Assembly (NCBI GenBank): GCA_043785305.1
Contig: JAYVXI010000234.1
Coordinates: 8,008 to 72,007 of the forward strand
DNA from: Limnoglobus sp.
Lineage (GTDB): Bacteria > Planctomycetota > Planctomycetia > Gemmatales > Gemmataceae
Reading direction: 5' to 3'
Length of the DNA: 64,000 nucleotides
Position numbers and translations under genes: made by a program. Position 1 is the stretch's first letter. The number at the start of each line of letters is the position of its first letter. The notes under the pieces are model-generated. The model searched no databases and had not been told where the DNA came from. It saw nothing but the letters and a program-made list of their open reading frames with translations. Positions 18,164 to 28,086 of this stretch are shown in pieces.

Positions 18164-19579
18164 ATGTCCGACGTTCGCGAAACGCAGCTCCTCATTATCG
18201 GTGGTGGCCCTGGCGGTTACCCCGCGGCGCTCCATGCGGCCGATCATGGCATCGCCGTGATCCTCGCCGACGAAGACCCGAAGCTCGGCGGCGTTTGCCT
18301 CAATCGCGGTTGCATTCCCTCGAAGGCGCTCCTCCACGCCGCGAAGATTATTCGCGAAGCCCACCACGCGGCCGAGATCGGCCTGTCGTTCGGCGAGCCG
18401 AAGCTCGACCTCGAAAAGCTGCGTACGTTCGTTCAGACGAAAGTCGTCGGCAAGCTCACCGGCGGCATCGCGATGTTGTGCAAAGGTCGCGGCGTCAACG
18501 TCATTAGAGGACACGTTGAGTTCCTCGATGCGAACACCGCGAAAGTGAACGATGAGACGATTCGCTTCCAACATGCAATCATCGCGACGGGCAGCGTGCC
18601 GGTGATGCCGAAGACGTTCGCGATCGACGATCCGCGCGTCATGGACAGCACCGCCGCACTGTTGCTACCCGACGTTCCCAAGACGCTCCTGGTCGTCGGC
18701 GGCGGCTATATCGGCTTGGAAATCGGCAGTATCTACGCGGCACTCGGCACGAAAGTCACCGTCGTCGAATTCATGGATGGCCTGCTACCGATGGCAGACC
18801 GCGACCTCGTCAAACCGCTCGAAACCAAGCTGCGTAGCGAGTTCGCGAACATTTACCTGAATACGAAAGTCGCGAGCATCGCCGCGACACCCGCCGGTAT
18901 CGTGGCGACACTCGAAGGCAAAGACGTGCCCGCGACGATGACCTTCGACCGCGTTCTCGTCTCGGTCGGCCGTCGCCCCAACTCGGCCAACCTCGGCCTC
19001 GATAAAGCGGGCGTGATCGCAACGGATCGTGGCTACATCCCGATCGACAAACAGCGCCGCACGAATGTGCCGCACATCTTTGCCATCGGCGATGTGGGCG
19101 AAGAACCCGGCCTGGCACACAAGGCCACTGCCGAGGCCCGCGTAGCCGTGGAAGTGATCCTCGGCGAACCGGCCGAGTGGAACCCGCGTGCCATCCCGGC
19201 GGTGATCTTTACCGATCCGGAAATCGCCTGGGCGGGGCTAACGCAAGTCGATGCCGAGAAGGGTAATATCCCGCACGAGATTCTGAAATTCCCGTGGGCC
19301 GCGAGTGGCCGGGCCGTGGCACTGAACATCACGAACGGGCTGACGAAAATGCTCGTGGACCCGGAAAGCAAACGGGTTCTGGGCGTCGGGATCGTCGGCA
19401 CCGGGGCAGGCGAGTTGATCGCCGAGAGCGTGCTCGCCATCGAGATGGGGGCCGTCGCCCGCGATATTCTCGAGAGCATCCACCCGCACCCAACGCTCAG
19501 CGAAACTGTGATGGAAAGCGCCGAACTCGCCTACGGCGCAGCCACCCACGTCGCCAAACCGCGCAAGGTCGTGATTTAA
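18164..19579 (+). CDS. lpdA: Dihydrolipoyl dehydrogenase
   Basis: IIGGGPGGY, the redox disulfide GGVCLNRGCIPSK, and C-terminal HPHPTLSE. Start taken at MSDVRETQ (18164). Confidence 0.9.
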   Translation: MSDVRETQLLIIGGGPGGYPAALHAADHGIAVILADEDPKLGGVCLNRGCIPSKALLHAAKIIREAHHAAEIGLSFGEPKLDLEKLRTFVQTKVVGKLTGGIAMLCKGRGVNVIRGHVEFLDANTAKVNDETIRFQHAIIATGSVPVMPKTFAIDDPRVMDSTAALLLPDVPKTLLVVGGGYIGLEIGSIYAALGTKVTVVEFMDGLLPMADRDLVKPLETKLRSEFANIYLNTKVASIAATPAGIVATLEGKDVPATMTFDRVLVSVGRRPNSANLGLDKAGVIATDRGYIPIDKQRRTNVPHIFAIGDVGEEPGLAHKATAEARVAVEVILGEPAEWNPRAIPAVIFTDPEIAWAGLTQVDAEKGNIPHEILKFPWAASGRAVALNITNGLTKMLVDPESKRVLGVGIVGTGAGELIAESVLAIEMGAVARDILESIHPHPTLSETVMESAELAYGAATHVAKPRKVVI

Positions 19580-19589
19580 CACAAGATTT

Positions 19590-19700
19590 TTAACCGCAGA
19601 GTTCGCAGAGAACGCGGAGTTCAAATCGAGTAAGCAAAGCGATAGTGGATTGCCGAAATCTCAATCTTACCTTTGCGTACTCAGCGCCCTCCGCGGTTAA
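19590..19700. repeat. Imperfect inverted pair ttaaccgcagag / ctccgcggttaa bracketing about 90 nt
   Basis: Left arm 19590-19601, right arm 19689-19700 (11/12 complementary). The left arm continues ttcgcagagaacgcggag. Lies between lpdA and the next gene. Confidence 0.45.
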
Positions 19701-19720
19701 TTTCTGATCTGGTCCACTCC

Positions 19721-20734
19721 ATGAACCGACGACAGTTTCTTGCGACTTCCGCGTTGCCGTTGGCGCTCGGTTGCGCGCGCCGTGAGGCGAAACCGGCGAC
19801 GGGGCCGATCGTGACCGCTTCCGACCGCGAGCGGATTCTCAGTGATGCGGATGCTCGTGAGAAGCATTTGTTACTTCGAGAAGCGTGTCGCGTGCCGTTG
19901 GGTGCGGTGCGAACGACACCGAAACCGGGCATCGACTTGTTGAAAGAACTGCCCGATTTGAAGGTGTTATTGCGAGTGACGCAGCGATTGCATCCGCGTT
20001 TCGGCGACGAACCGAAGCCGGACCGCACGAAGCTCGGCGGGCAGTTTCTCTGGCCGTCTGCGGAAGCGTGGCCCGATTGCCCGACGTATCGCATCCCGCT
20101 CGTTCCCGTGTTGCAACTGCGAATTGAAGACGCACCTGCCGGGTTCGCGTTCAAGCCCGGCACCGATTTGCTGCAACTTCTTTGGTCGCCACGCGACCCG
20201 GTGAATGGCATCATTTCGTCGCGAGTGATGTGGCGGAAAGCCTCATCTATCGGTGCAGATTTGGTGGCACCGCCATCGTTGGAACACGCCTTCATGGGCT
20301 ACGTGCCGGTGCCGTGTGCGATCTTCCCGGAGCGCGTGATGGAGTTCCCGCCACTCGCGATCATGCCAAAACAGATGCGCGAAACGATCCAGTTCGGCAA
20401 GCCAATCGCGCCAGACGATTACACGAATTTTCTCTCATCGTCGCCCGGCACGAAAGTCGGTGGCTGGCAGCGCTACGCCGCCGACGGCACCGGCTGCCCC
20501 ACCTGCAAACACCCGATGGACTTCCTGCTCTCCGTCGACTCCGAAGAATGGCAACCGCCCACCGCGAAGCGTTGGAAGCCGACCGAAGACCCCGACACCG
20601 AAGGCCACCGTCGCGCCGCTGGGTTGAGCTTTGCGAAGCCAAACGCCACCATGCAAGTCTACATCTGCCGCCGTTGCGAAGCGATGCCGACAACGGCACT
20701 ACTCTGCGGCGAGCGTGGGGTGTCAGCCCCATGA
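19721..20734 (+). CDS. Hypothetical exported protein, possibly DUF1963 (YwqG)-like
   Basis: MNRRQFLATSALPLALGC looks like a Tat/lipoprotein-type signal. KLGGQFLWP, LLQLLWSP and GGWQ resemble DUF1963 blocks. Also has a CPTC...CRRC pair. Family call is from memory only. Confidence 0.5.
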   Translation: MNRRQFLATSALPLALGCARREAKPATGPIVTASDRERILSDADAREKHLLLREACRVPLGAVRTTPKPGIDLLKELPDLKVLLRVTQRLHPRFGDEPKPDRTKLGGQFLWPSAEAWPDCPTYRIPLVPVLQLRIEDAPAGFAFKPGTDLLQLLWSPRDPVNGIISSRVMWRKASSIGADLVAPPSLEHAFMGYVPVPCAIFPERVMEFPPLAIMPKQMRETIQFGKPIAPDDYTNFLSSSPGTKVGGWQRYAADGTGCPTCKHPMDFLLSVDSEEWQPPTAKRWKPTEDPDTEGHRRAAGLSFAKPNATMQVYICRRCEAMPTTALLCGERGVSAP

Positions 20735-20788
20735 TTCTTCCGGCATCTTTATCGTGGCAAATAGCGAGTGATGGTGGGATAAACCCAC

Positions 20789-20818
20789 TTGCTACTTCGT
20801 CCCATTTCGCAGTATCAT
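20789..20818 (+). promoter_or_regulatory. Candidate sigma-70-type promoter for the toxin-antitoxin pair
   Basis: TTGCTA (20789-20794), 18-nt spacer, TATCAT (20813-20818), about 33 nt upstream of the antitoxin ATG. Pattern match only. Confidence 0.3.
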
Positions 20819-20851
20819 TTCAGTAGAGTCAAAATGTAACGAAAGAGCTGT

Positions 20852-21130
20852 ATGCAAACCGAAACTCGAACGACCGATTCAAAGGCCCGACTCGTCTTGC
20901 CCAAGTCATTCGCCAACGCCACCGTCGTCATCGAACTCGTGAGCGAAACGGAGATTCGCGTACGTCGGGCGAAAGTGGTTCTGGAAGAGGATTTGCCGTT
21001 CCGCGAGGAAGCCTCTTCAGTATTGTCGGATCGGGACCGCGACCGCTTCTTGAAGCTGTTGGCAAACCCACCCGCCCCAACCACTGCCCTCAAGAAAGCG
21101 GCTGCCCGCCATAAGGCACGCCGTGGATGA
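20852..21130 (+). CDS. Antitoxin: AbrB/SpoVT-like N-terminal domain fused to a DUF1778-type C-terminal tail
   Basis: ARLVLPKSFANATVVIELVSETEIRVRRAK resembles an AbrB-type swapped hairpin. VLSDRDRDRFLKLLANPPAPTTALKKAAARHK resembles the C-terminal half of TacA/KacA-type antitoxins. Confidence 0.7.
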   Translation: MQTETRTTDSKARLVLPKSFANATVVIELVSETEIRVRRAKVVLEEDLPFREEASSVLSDRDRDRFLKLLANPPAPTTALKKAAARHKARRG

Positions 21131-21626
21131 GTGGATTATCGAGCCGTTCGACAAATTACACATCCGCGATGGTTTCTCGTGTGGGAAGTCTTCGCTCGAC
21201 GATTTCATCCGCACTCGTGCGAGCCAATACGAAAAACGACAGTTAGGCAAGACATTCGTAGCCGTGCATAAAGGTGCGAAAGATGTCCTCGGTTACTTCA
21301 CTTTGGCAGCCGGAGCGGTGAATTACGAACATCTACCGGTCGATGTATCCCGAAAACTCCCGAAGCACCCAGTTCCCGTCGTACTTCTCGCGCGGCTGGC
21401 CGTCGATCAGTCCGCTCAAGGAATGCGGCTTGGGGAAGGGTTGCTTTTGGATGCCCTCCAACGCTCGCTCGATCTGTCCACCATACTCGGCATCCATGCA
21501 GTTGAAGTGGACGCGATAGACGATGCCGCCGCAAAATTTTACCGGAAATACGGATTCGTAGCACTCCTCGACGATGTTCATCATCTGTACTTGCCAATAT
21601 CCACGGTCCAGGGTTTGCTCGGGTAA
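21123..21626 (+). CDS. GNAT-family acetyltransferase toxin (TacT/KacT/AtaT type)
   Basis: FSCGKSSLDDFI, GYFTLAAGAV, PVVLLARLAVDQSAQGMRLGEGLL, AAKFYRKYGF. GTG start overlaps the antitoxin by 8 nt. Confidence 0.8.
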   Translation: MDEWIIEPFDKLHIRDGFSCGKSSLDDFIRTRASQYEKRQLGKTFVAVHKGAKDVLGYFTLAAGAVNYEHLPVDVSRKLPKHPVPVVLLARLAVDQSAQGMRLGEGLLLDALQRSLDLSTILGIHAVEVDAIDDAAAKFYRKYGFVALLDDVHHLYLPISTVQGLLG

Positions 21627-21726
21627 CAGAACCGGGGCCCCGCTCGTCAAGAATCATGGGCTTGTGTCGTCGCCTGCACTTCCGGTAACCTCGATTGCGG
21701 TTATCGGCTTTTACCCGGGGCACAAC

Positions 21727-22941
21727 ATGTTACCTCGCATCTACATTTTCGTACTCTTCGGCGTCTTCATCGGTGCGGATCGTGCCAGGTCGGACGACGC
21801 GAAACAACCGGCGTTTGCGATCGAGTACTTGGCGATCAAGAAAGACCTCGATGCAAAGTGGGAAAAGGTCAGCGCTCCACTTTGGAAAGAGCATGAGGAG
21901 GCAAAGAACGAGAAGGATCGCGAAGCGACCATGAAGCGGATCGCCGACGAATCGAACAAGATCCATCGGCCTGCGACGGCGAAGGTGATGTCCATCGTCC
22001 GCCCGCACGCCGCCGACCCTGCTGCCGTCGATACGCTCGTTTGGGTGGCTCAAGGCAGTTCGCCAGACTATTGCAATGAGGCGGCCGAACTACTGCGGAA
22101 ACATCACCTCACGAATAAACAAACTCTCAAGCTGGCGTATTGGAGCAAGTCCGCCCCGATGAAGTGGACCGAGCCATTACTTTGCGACCAACTGAATGCC
22201 ACCGATTTGCCGATTGCTGAGAAACCGCGAATCTTACTGGCATTGGCGATGGTCAAGCACACTCAGAGTAAATGGCTTTCGGATATGGCTGCTAGTACAG
22301 ACAAGAGCGATTTATTAAAAATGGAGAGTCTTTTTGGGAAAGTGTTCATCGACGATCTCCGCAAAATGGATGTGTCCAAGACGGAGGCCGTTGCGATCCA
22401 GTTGTTCACCGAGTTGATCGAGAAACATGGGACGGAGAAACTGATCGATGGGCTAACGTTCGGCAAAGTGGCCAAGTCGGCGATCTTCGAGATGCAAAAT
22501 TTGTCGATTGGCAAAACCGCGCCGGACATCGTCGGCGAGGATACCGATGGCGTGAAGTTCAAGCTGAGCGACTATCGGGGGAAAGTCGTCGTGCTGTCTT
22601 TTTGGGCGACGTGGTGCGGGCCGTGCATGGCACAAATTCCGCACGAGCGTGAGATCGTCAATCGGCTGAAAGACAAGCCGTTCGTCATCATCGGCGTGAA
22701 TTCGGACGAAGATAAGAAGCCACTGAAGGCAGTCATGGAAAAGGAAAAGATCGCGTGGCGATCGTTCTGGTGCGGCGAAAAAGGCCCGATGAGCGATCTA
22801 CCCTCAGCCTGGAACGTGACCGGCTGGCCGACCATGTACGTGTTGGATCACAAGGGAATCATCCGCGGCAAACAGGTCTACGGGCAATCGCTCGATCGAG
22901 TCGTCGACAAATGGATCGCGGTTGCCGAACGCGGCGAGTAA
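21727..22941 (+). CDS. Secreted TlpA/ResA-like thiol:disulfide oxidoreductase with a long N-terminal helical domain
   Basis: Signal-like MLPRIYIFVLFGVFIGA. C-terminal GKVVVLSFWATWCGPCMAQIPHE thioredoxin-fold active site. Confidence 0.8.
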   Translation: MLPRIYIFVLFGVFIGADRARSDDAKQPAFAIEYLAIKKDLDAKWEKVSAPLWKEHEEAKNEKDREATMKRIADESNKIHRPATAKVMSIVRPHAADPAAVDTLVWVAQGSSPDYCNEAAELLRKHHLTNKQTLKLAYWSKSAPMKWTEPLLCDQLNATDLPIAEKPRILLALAMVKHTQSKWLSDMAASTDKSDLLKMESLFGKVFIDDLRKMDVSKTEAVAIQLFTELIEKHGTEKLIDGLTFGKVAKSAIFEMQNLSIGKTAPDIVGEDTDGVKFKLSDYRGKVVVLSFWATWCGPCMAQIPHEREIVNRLKDKPFVIIGVNSDEDKKPLKAVMEKEKIAWRSFWCGEKGPMSDLPSAWNVTGWPTMYVLDHKGIIRGKQVYGQSLDRVVDKWIAVAERGE

Positions 22942-22992
22942 GCCCGTCGCAATTTCGCGTTCCCCGTCGCCACTTGCTCCTAGAATACCCGC

Positions 22993-24006
22993 ATGGAGCA
23001 CTCTGCGATACGCACCGTCGATTTGACCCGCATTTACCAGAAGCCACGCAAAAGCTGGTTTCGGCGCAAACCGGACACGGGGCCGAAAGTGTTCACCGCA
23101 CTCGGTGGCGTCAGCCTCGAAGTGCAACCCGGCGAACTCTTTGGGTTGCTCGGCCCCAACGGTGCGGGCAAGACGACACTCATCAAGATTTTGACGACGC
23201 TACTCGCGCCATCCGAAGGCACCGCGTTCGTCGATGGTCTCGATGTCGTCAAGCACGCAGATACGATTCGTCCGCGAATCAACATGGTGTCTGGCGGCGA
23301 ATCGAGCGGGTATGGCATTCTGAACGTGCAGGAAAATCTCTGGCTGTTTAGCCGCATTTACGGCGTGCCAAACGAACTGATTAAACAACGCATCGACCGG
23401 ATGCTCAGCGTCGTCGGCCTGACCGACAAGAAGAACTCGAAGGTCAGTCACCTTTCTACGGGGCAACGCCAGAAGATGAACTTCTGCCGTGGCTTCATCA
23501 CCGATCCGAAGATCCTGTTTCTCGATGAACCGACGCTCGGGCTGGACGTGACGGCGGCACGATCGATCCGGGCTTTCATTCAAGAATGGATGAAGGAAAA
23601 CAAAGAGCGAACGATCCTGCTGACGACGCACTATATGGCGGAGGCGGATGAGTTGTGCGACCGGCTGGCGATTATCGATCAGGGGAAAGTGTTGGCGTGC
23701 GATACGCCGACGAACCTCAAACGCCGCGTGCAAAAGTACCCGTTATTCGAGATCAGCCTGTCGCCATCGGCCAACGGATTCCTCGCGATTCCAGCGCTGC
23801 CCGGCGTCCACAAGGCAACGACCACCGAAACGCCAAACCGCGTCGAATTAAAAGTGTCGCTCGAAGAGGATTCCATCATCGGCAGCGTGGTGCAGACGAT
23901 CATCGCGAACCACGGCAAGATCCTCAGCCTCAAAAAGACCGAGCCAACATTGGAAGACGTGTTCATCGAACTCGTCGGCCACGGCCTGGAAACTGTCGCA
24001 AAGTAG
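22993..24006 (+). CDS. ABC transporter ATP-binding protein (ABC-2/DrrA-type)
   Basis: GPNGAGKTT, LSTGQRQK, LFLDEPTLGLD. Confidence 0.88.
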   Translation: MEHSAIRTVDLTRIYQKPRKSWFRRKPDTGPKVFTALGGVSLEVQPGELFGLLGPNGAGKTTLIKILTTLLAPSEGTAFVDGLDVVKHADTIRPRINMVSGGESSGYGILNVQENLWLFSRIYGVPNELIKQRIDRMLSVVGLTDKKNSKVSHLSTGQRQKMNFCRGFITDPKILFLDEPTLGLDVTAARSIRAFIQEWMKENKERTILLTTHYMAEADELCDRLAIIDQGKVLACDTPTNLKRRVQKYPLFEISLSPSANGFLAIPALPGVHKATTTETPNRVELKVSLEEDSIIGSVVQTIIANHGKILSLKKTEPTLEDVFIELVGHGLETVAK

Positions 24007-24013
24007 AGATCGA

Positions 24014-24838
24014 ATGCAAGCGAGTATTACGCTGTTTCTCCAGGCCATGTTCGCCCGCAGTTACGCGCGCATCATTTGGATGTTCCGCAACCGCACGTGG
24101 ATCTTCCAGGAAACGATCCTGCCGATTCTCTCGGTGTCGGCGTTCGCGTATGCCTATCGTGCGATGGGGGCACCGGAGCGATTCGTCGGTTATGTCGTAC
24201 TGGGTGCTGCGATGACGGCATTTTGGTTCAACGTGCTCTGGAGCATGGGCGCGCATCTGTATTGGGAACGCGACTCGGGAAACCTCGAACTGTACATCAT
24301 GTCGCCCGCCCCGATGATGAGCATTTTGGCAGGCATGGCGATCGGTGGAATGCTGACGACCGCGACGCGCGCGATGGCCATTCTCATTACGGGCGTGTTC
24401 TTGTTCCAAGTGCCGCTCGACCTGACGCATGGCTGGTTGGCACTGCTCGCGTTCACGTTGACTTTGATCGCACTTTACGGCTTGGGCATGATGTTCGCGT
24501 CGCTGTTTCTGCTCTGGGGACGGGAAGCGTGGCACATTGCGAACTTGCTGCAAGAACCGGTTTTCTTGCTGACGGGGATGAACTTTCCAGTGAAGATTTT
24601 CATGAGCCTGCCGATCTTCATTCTCGGCTTTGCACTCGCGATCCCGCTCACTGCCGGGATGGACGCGATGCGACAACTCCTGTTCCCGCCTGCGACGGAT
24701 CGACTGCTTTCCGCCGAGACGGAGATCGCGATTCTCAGCGTCCTTGCCGTCGTGTTTCTTTTCACGGCCAGATTGTTCCTCGCCCGCCTCGAACGCAAAG
24801 CCAAGGCAGATGGCAAACTGAGCTTACGCTGGCAGTGA
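24014..24838 (+). CDS. ABC-2 type transporter permease
   Basis: Six hydrophobic segments, 274 aa, starts 8 nt after the ATPase gene. Confidence 0.78.
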   Translation: MQASITLFLQAMFARSYARIIWMFRNRTWIFQETILPILSVSAFAYAYRAMGAPERFVGYVVLGAAMTAFWFNVLWSMGAHLYWERDSGNLELYIMSPAPMMSILAGMAIGGMLTTATRAMAILITGVFLFQVPLDLTHGWLALLAFTLTLIALYGLGMMFASLFLLWGREAWHIANLLQEPVFLLTGMNFPVKIFMSLPIFILGFALAIPLTAGMDAMRQLLFPPATDRLLSAETEIAILSVLAVVFLFTARLFLARLERKAKADGKLSLRWQ

Positions 24839-24885
24839 AGCGCACGCGCTCCGCTAAGAAGACTGCGCGTCGCGGCTAATTCAAC

Positions 24886-25563
24886 CTAAACGACGACTTT
24901 GAATTGGACCGTCCCGACTTGCACGATGTCGTCGCCTTGGAGTACGCGCTGTTGGCCGGGGTGTAACCGCGAACGGTTTACGAAAGTGCCGTTGAGGCTG
25001 TTGAGGTCTTCGATGACGATGATACTGCGTTCGAGCGTGACGACCGCATGTTGACGCGACGACCACACTTGTTCGGGCATCTCCTGCCCCGTGAGATCGA
25101 TATCGACGGGTTTGTCGGCGGAGCGACCGATGTAGTTGGGGCCTTCGTAGACGAGGAATTCGGTACCGACGGCAGCCCCTCGAATCACGATCAGTCGCGG
25201 ATCGCGATAGGGTAACGGCGTTTCGACCGATGTCGAAACCGAGGCAGTCGGATCGCCGATATTTGGCGAAACGGCAGGATGGCTGAGGTCGGTACCGCCA
25301 CCGAGCGCGTTGCCGATAGGGGCTTTTGCAATCGTGATCGGCGAGCGAATCGTGCGATTCGACGATTCATCGTCGGCTGCGACTTGCTTCAACCGCGTAA
25401 CGAGTTGCGTTGCGTAGGCGGGATATTCGTCGGTATTTGGGTCGGATTCGATCGCTGGAGATTCTGGGCGAGCCAGACCCGCCGGGAAACGGAACTTCCC
25501 ACAGCGACCGCACACGATGGCGTCGATAGGATTCGTCGATAAACAAAGCGGACAAGTACGCAT
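24886..25563 (-). CDS. Zinc-ribbon plus FHA domain protein
   Basis: N-terminus CPLCLSTNPIDAIVCGRC. C-terminal FHA-like NYIGRS...SRQHAVV...IEDLNSLNGTFVN. Confidence 0.8.
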   Translation of the reverse strand: MRTCPLCLSTNPIDAIVCGRCGKFRFPAGLARPESPAIESDPNTDEYPAYATQLVTRLKQVAADDESSNRTIRSPITIAKAPIGNALGGGTDLSHPAVSPNIGDPTASVSTSVETPLPYRDPRLIVIRGAAVGTEFLVYEGPNYIGRSADKPVDIDLTGQEMPEQVWSSRQHAVVTLERSIIVIEDLNSLNGTFVNRSRLHPGQQRVLQGDDIVQVGTVQFKVVV

Positions 25564-25758
25564 AACCTTCGCGACCCCACGCGAGAGGGCAAAAACCGGT
25601 CAGCACGTTCGGCGATGCAACCACAACACGCCCCGCACTCTTGGAACCATAACTCAAAGTTGCACTCGCGGCGCATATTTCGAGCGAACCGCTTCAAATC
25701 GCACACAATCGTACTGTCGTGCCAGACGAGAATTCGTTCGGCAACTGAAATCTGTTCG

Positions 25759-26082
25759 TTAAACCTCGGTTTGGCGGAACTCCAATACGATGCCTTCGAT
25801 GGCCAGTTCCCCATCTGCAACGATTTCCAGACAGACTTCGTTCCGGTTCAAAAGCAAGCCGGTGATTTCCAACGCGAACGGCATATTTGCCTCGAAATCG
25901 CCGAGCCACGTGCCGTTCAGTGTTGCCGTACCCGTCCCGGGCGAGGAACTGGCGACGATCCAGACGGTTTCATTCGCGTCCAGTGTGCGCGGTTTGCCGA
26001 ACGACCGCGCACACCGCATCCGACCTGTGGGCAGTACGGTCGCAATCCAGAAGTGATTCAAGCGAATCGTGTGTGTCGTCAT
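25759..26082 (-). CDS. Hypothetical protein (107 aa)
   Basis: Clean ATG ORF with non-repetitive composition, divergent from the next gene. No family recognised. Confidence 0.5.
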   Translation of the reverse strand: MTTHTIRLNHFWIATVLPTGRMRCARSFGKPRTLDANETVWIVASSSPGTGTATLNGTWLGDFEANMPFALEITGLLLNRNEVCLEIVADGELAIEGIVLEFRQTEV

Positions 26083-26264
26083 ATGCAGAGTGCCTCAAGT
26101 GTGGTCGTGAGAACAGGATACGCAGGCCTACGGCACCGGTAAAGTTTCGCGCGGCGAACGATACTGCGACAAACTTCGCAAGAAGTTGCTTGTATTCCCC
26201 TCGTTCGACGCGGTACGATGGTCTTGCGAGGAATTGGGTTCCGAATTGCAGGAGGGTGGCGTCC

Positions 26265-27800
26265 ATGCGTCGATTCATCGGCACGATCGGTGTGGCAGCA
26301 CTTTTCGGTATCGTTTCGGCTGCGGAACCCGCGAAAACGCCTCCGATTGAAATCCTGATTCAACAACTCGGCGAACCGCGTTTTGAAGATCGCGAACGTG
26401 CCAGTTTTGGCTTGCGAAATCTCGGCACCTCCGCCATTCCCGCACTGAAACAAGCCGTCGATCAATCGACCGATGCCGAAGTGCGCGATCGCGCCGAGAC
26501 ATTGCTGATCCATCTCGGCAAAATGGCAGAGTCCGAACGCTATCTCGTTGCGAAAACGATCGGACTCGACTACCGCAACGTACCCGTTTCCGCCATCGTT
26601 GCCGACTTCGCCAAGAAATCCGGGATCAATCTGATCCTCGTCGTGGGCAAGGTCAAAGAACCGAACCGAATCGTGACCGTCACCAGCAGCGAGATCCCCA
26701 TTTGGCAGGCACTCGAGGCGATTTGCCTCGCAACGGGGCTTTGCGAGGAACATCGAACCGAACTGCCGTTACCCAAAAACGCGAGCGCGAACAGTACGAG
26801 CTACTACAGCAATGGCCGTGCGATGCGGATGTCGTGGAACGAGGACGGTAATAATCGCAACCCCCTGACGCCGGGAACTGCGCCGATTCTATTGATCGAC
26901 GGTAAAGGCGAACGCCTTGCCAGCCAAGCGACCGGGCCGGTTCGCGTGCTGTCGCTACCGTCGCGCTTCCCCGGCAATCGGATTACCCGCGGTGTGGGGC
27001 GCGTGCAGATTTGCCTCGATGTTGCCCCGTTGCCGAGCCTCAACTGGCAAGGCGCATCGAACGTGCGCGTCACCCGTGCGATCGACGAAGACGGGCGGCC
27101 ACTGTTCGCGGATCTCATACCCGAGCACGAATATAATCTCAACAATTACAGCAATTGGGGCTGGGGCGGGCGAGTCGTGATGATGGGAGTTGGCGGTGGG
27201 CAATTCATGCAAGTGTTCGACGGCGATAACGGTGGCAACCCACAAGTGCAGACCACCGCACCGAACCCACGTTTAGCGCCGCTCGCAATTCGTACCGACG
27301 ACCGAAGTATTCGTCTGCTCAAGCGGCTCGAAGGTGTCGTTAGCGGTGATATTCACGTGCCGAACGTGCCGATTGTTACCATCGACCAGATGGCGAACTC
27401 CGTAGGCAAATCCACCGAAGGGCCGTATAGCTCGAAGCTTACGGTTTCCGAATACACCGTGCATAAAGATGGCTCGACAACGGTTCACATTCGCGGGGAA
27501 ACGATGCAGCAATGGGTGTTGCAGCAGATGATGGGCGGGCGAGCGATTCCACCCGAAGCGTTGAACATCGGCAACCTCATCAACACCGTAAAATTTTACG
27601 ACGCACAGGGGAAAGTCCTTCCCGCACCGCAGCAAACGGCAATGAATTACTCCGGCGATGGCTGGCGTCAGACGATCGACATGACGCTCAAGTTCCCCAA
27701 GACCAGCACCCACGGCGTGCCAACGAAGGTCGTTCAAACGGGAACGAAAGTCGTATCGGTCGATGTGCCGTTCCAGTTAGAGAACGTGAAACTGCCGTGA
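26265..27800 (+). CDS. Secreted hypothetical protein with an N-terminal HEAT-like segment
   Basis: ggaggg lies 9 nt upstream of ATG 26265. Signal peptide MRRFIGTIGVAALFGIVSAA. 511 aa. Confidence 0.65.
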   Translation: MRRFIGTIGVAALFGIVSAAEPAKTPPIEILIQQLGEPRFEDRERASFGLRNLGTSAIPALKQAVDQSTDAEVRDRAETLLIHLGKMAESERYLVAKTIGLDYRNVPVSAIVADFAKKSGINLILVVGKVKEPNRIVTVTSSEIPIWQALEAICLATGLCEEHRTELPLPKNASANSTSYYSNGRAMRMSWNEDGNNRNPLTPGTAPILLIDGKGERLASQATGPVRVLSLPSRFPGNRITRGVGRVQICLDVAPLPSLNWQGASNVRVTRAIDEDGRPLFADLIPEHEYNLNNYSNWGWGGRVVMMGVGGGQFMQVFDGDNGGNPQVQTTAPNPRLAPLAIRTDDRSIRLLKRLEGVVSGDIHVPNVPIVTIDQMANSVGKSTEGPYSSKLTVSEYTVHKDGSTTVHIRGETMQQWVLQQMMGGRAIPPEALNIGNLINTVKFYDAQGKVLPAPQQTAMNYSGDGWRQTIDMTLKFPKTSTHGVPTKVVQTGTKVVSVDVPFQLENVKLP

Positions 27801-27825
27801 TCTGGTCATTGCAAATGGACATCGT

Positions 27826-28086
27826 TTATCGCGGTTGGCTCACATCGGGCGATTCGTCGATGATCTGAAGGTGTTGTTGTGCCCCGAGTAACCCGCGGTG
27901 CTTCAATCGCACGAACTCGATCATCGGGAACACGCGCTCCACCCGCTCCGCGTTCGCGGCCCACCACTCGGACCAAGGCAGCACACTCTCCGGGTTCGCA
28001 ATCGCTTGCCGAAAGTACGCGCGACAATACGCAATAACCAATTCCGGTGGAAGTTCCGGCGTAATGTCCGCGAGTATCTCATCCAT
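27826..28086 (-). CDS. Hypothetical protein (86 aa)
   Basis: ORF with reasonable composition lying between two supported features. No family recognised. Confidence 0.45.
   Translation of the reverse strand: MDEILADITPELPPELVIAYCRAYFRQAIANPESVLPWSEWWAANAERVERVFPMIEFVRLKHRGLLGAQQHLQIIDESPDVSQPR

Noticed and set aside
24076-24879. 267-aa same-strand alternative frame within the ABC-2 permease; likewise 30869-31891 within lpxB and 41985-42347 upstream of the GT-C gene
   Set aside because: These are R/P/G-rich translations without hydrophobic segments or motifs. The competing frames carry clear family signatures.
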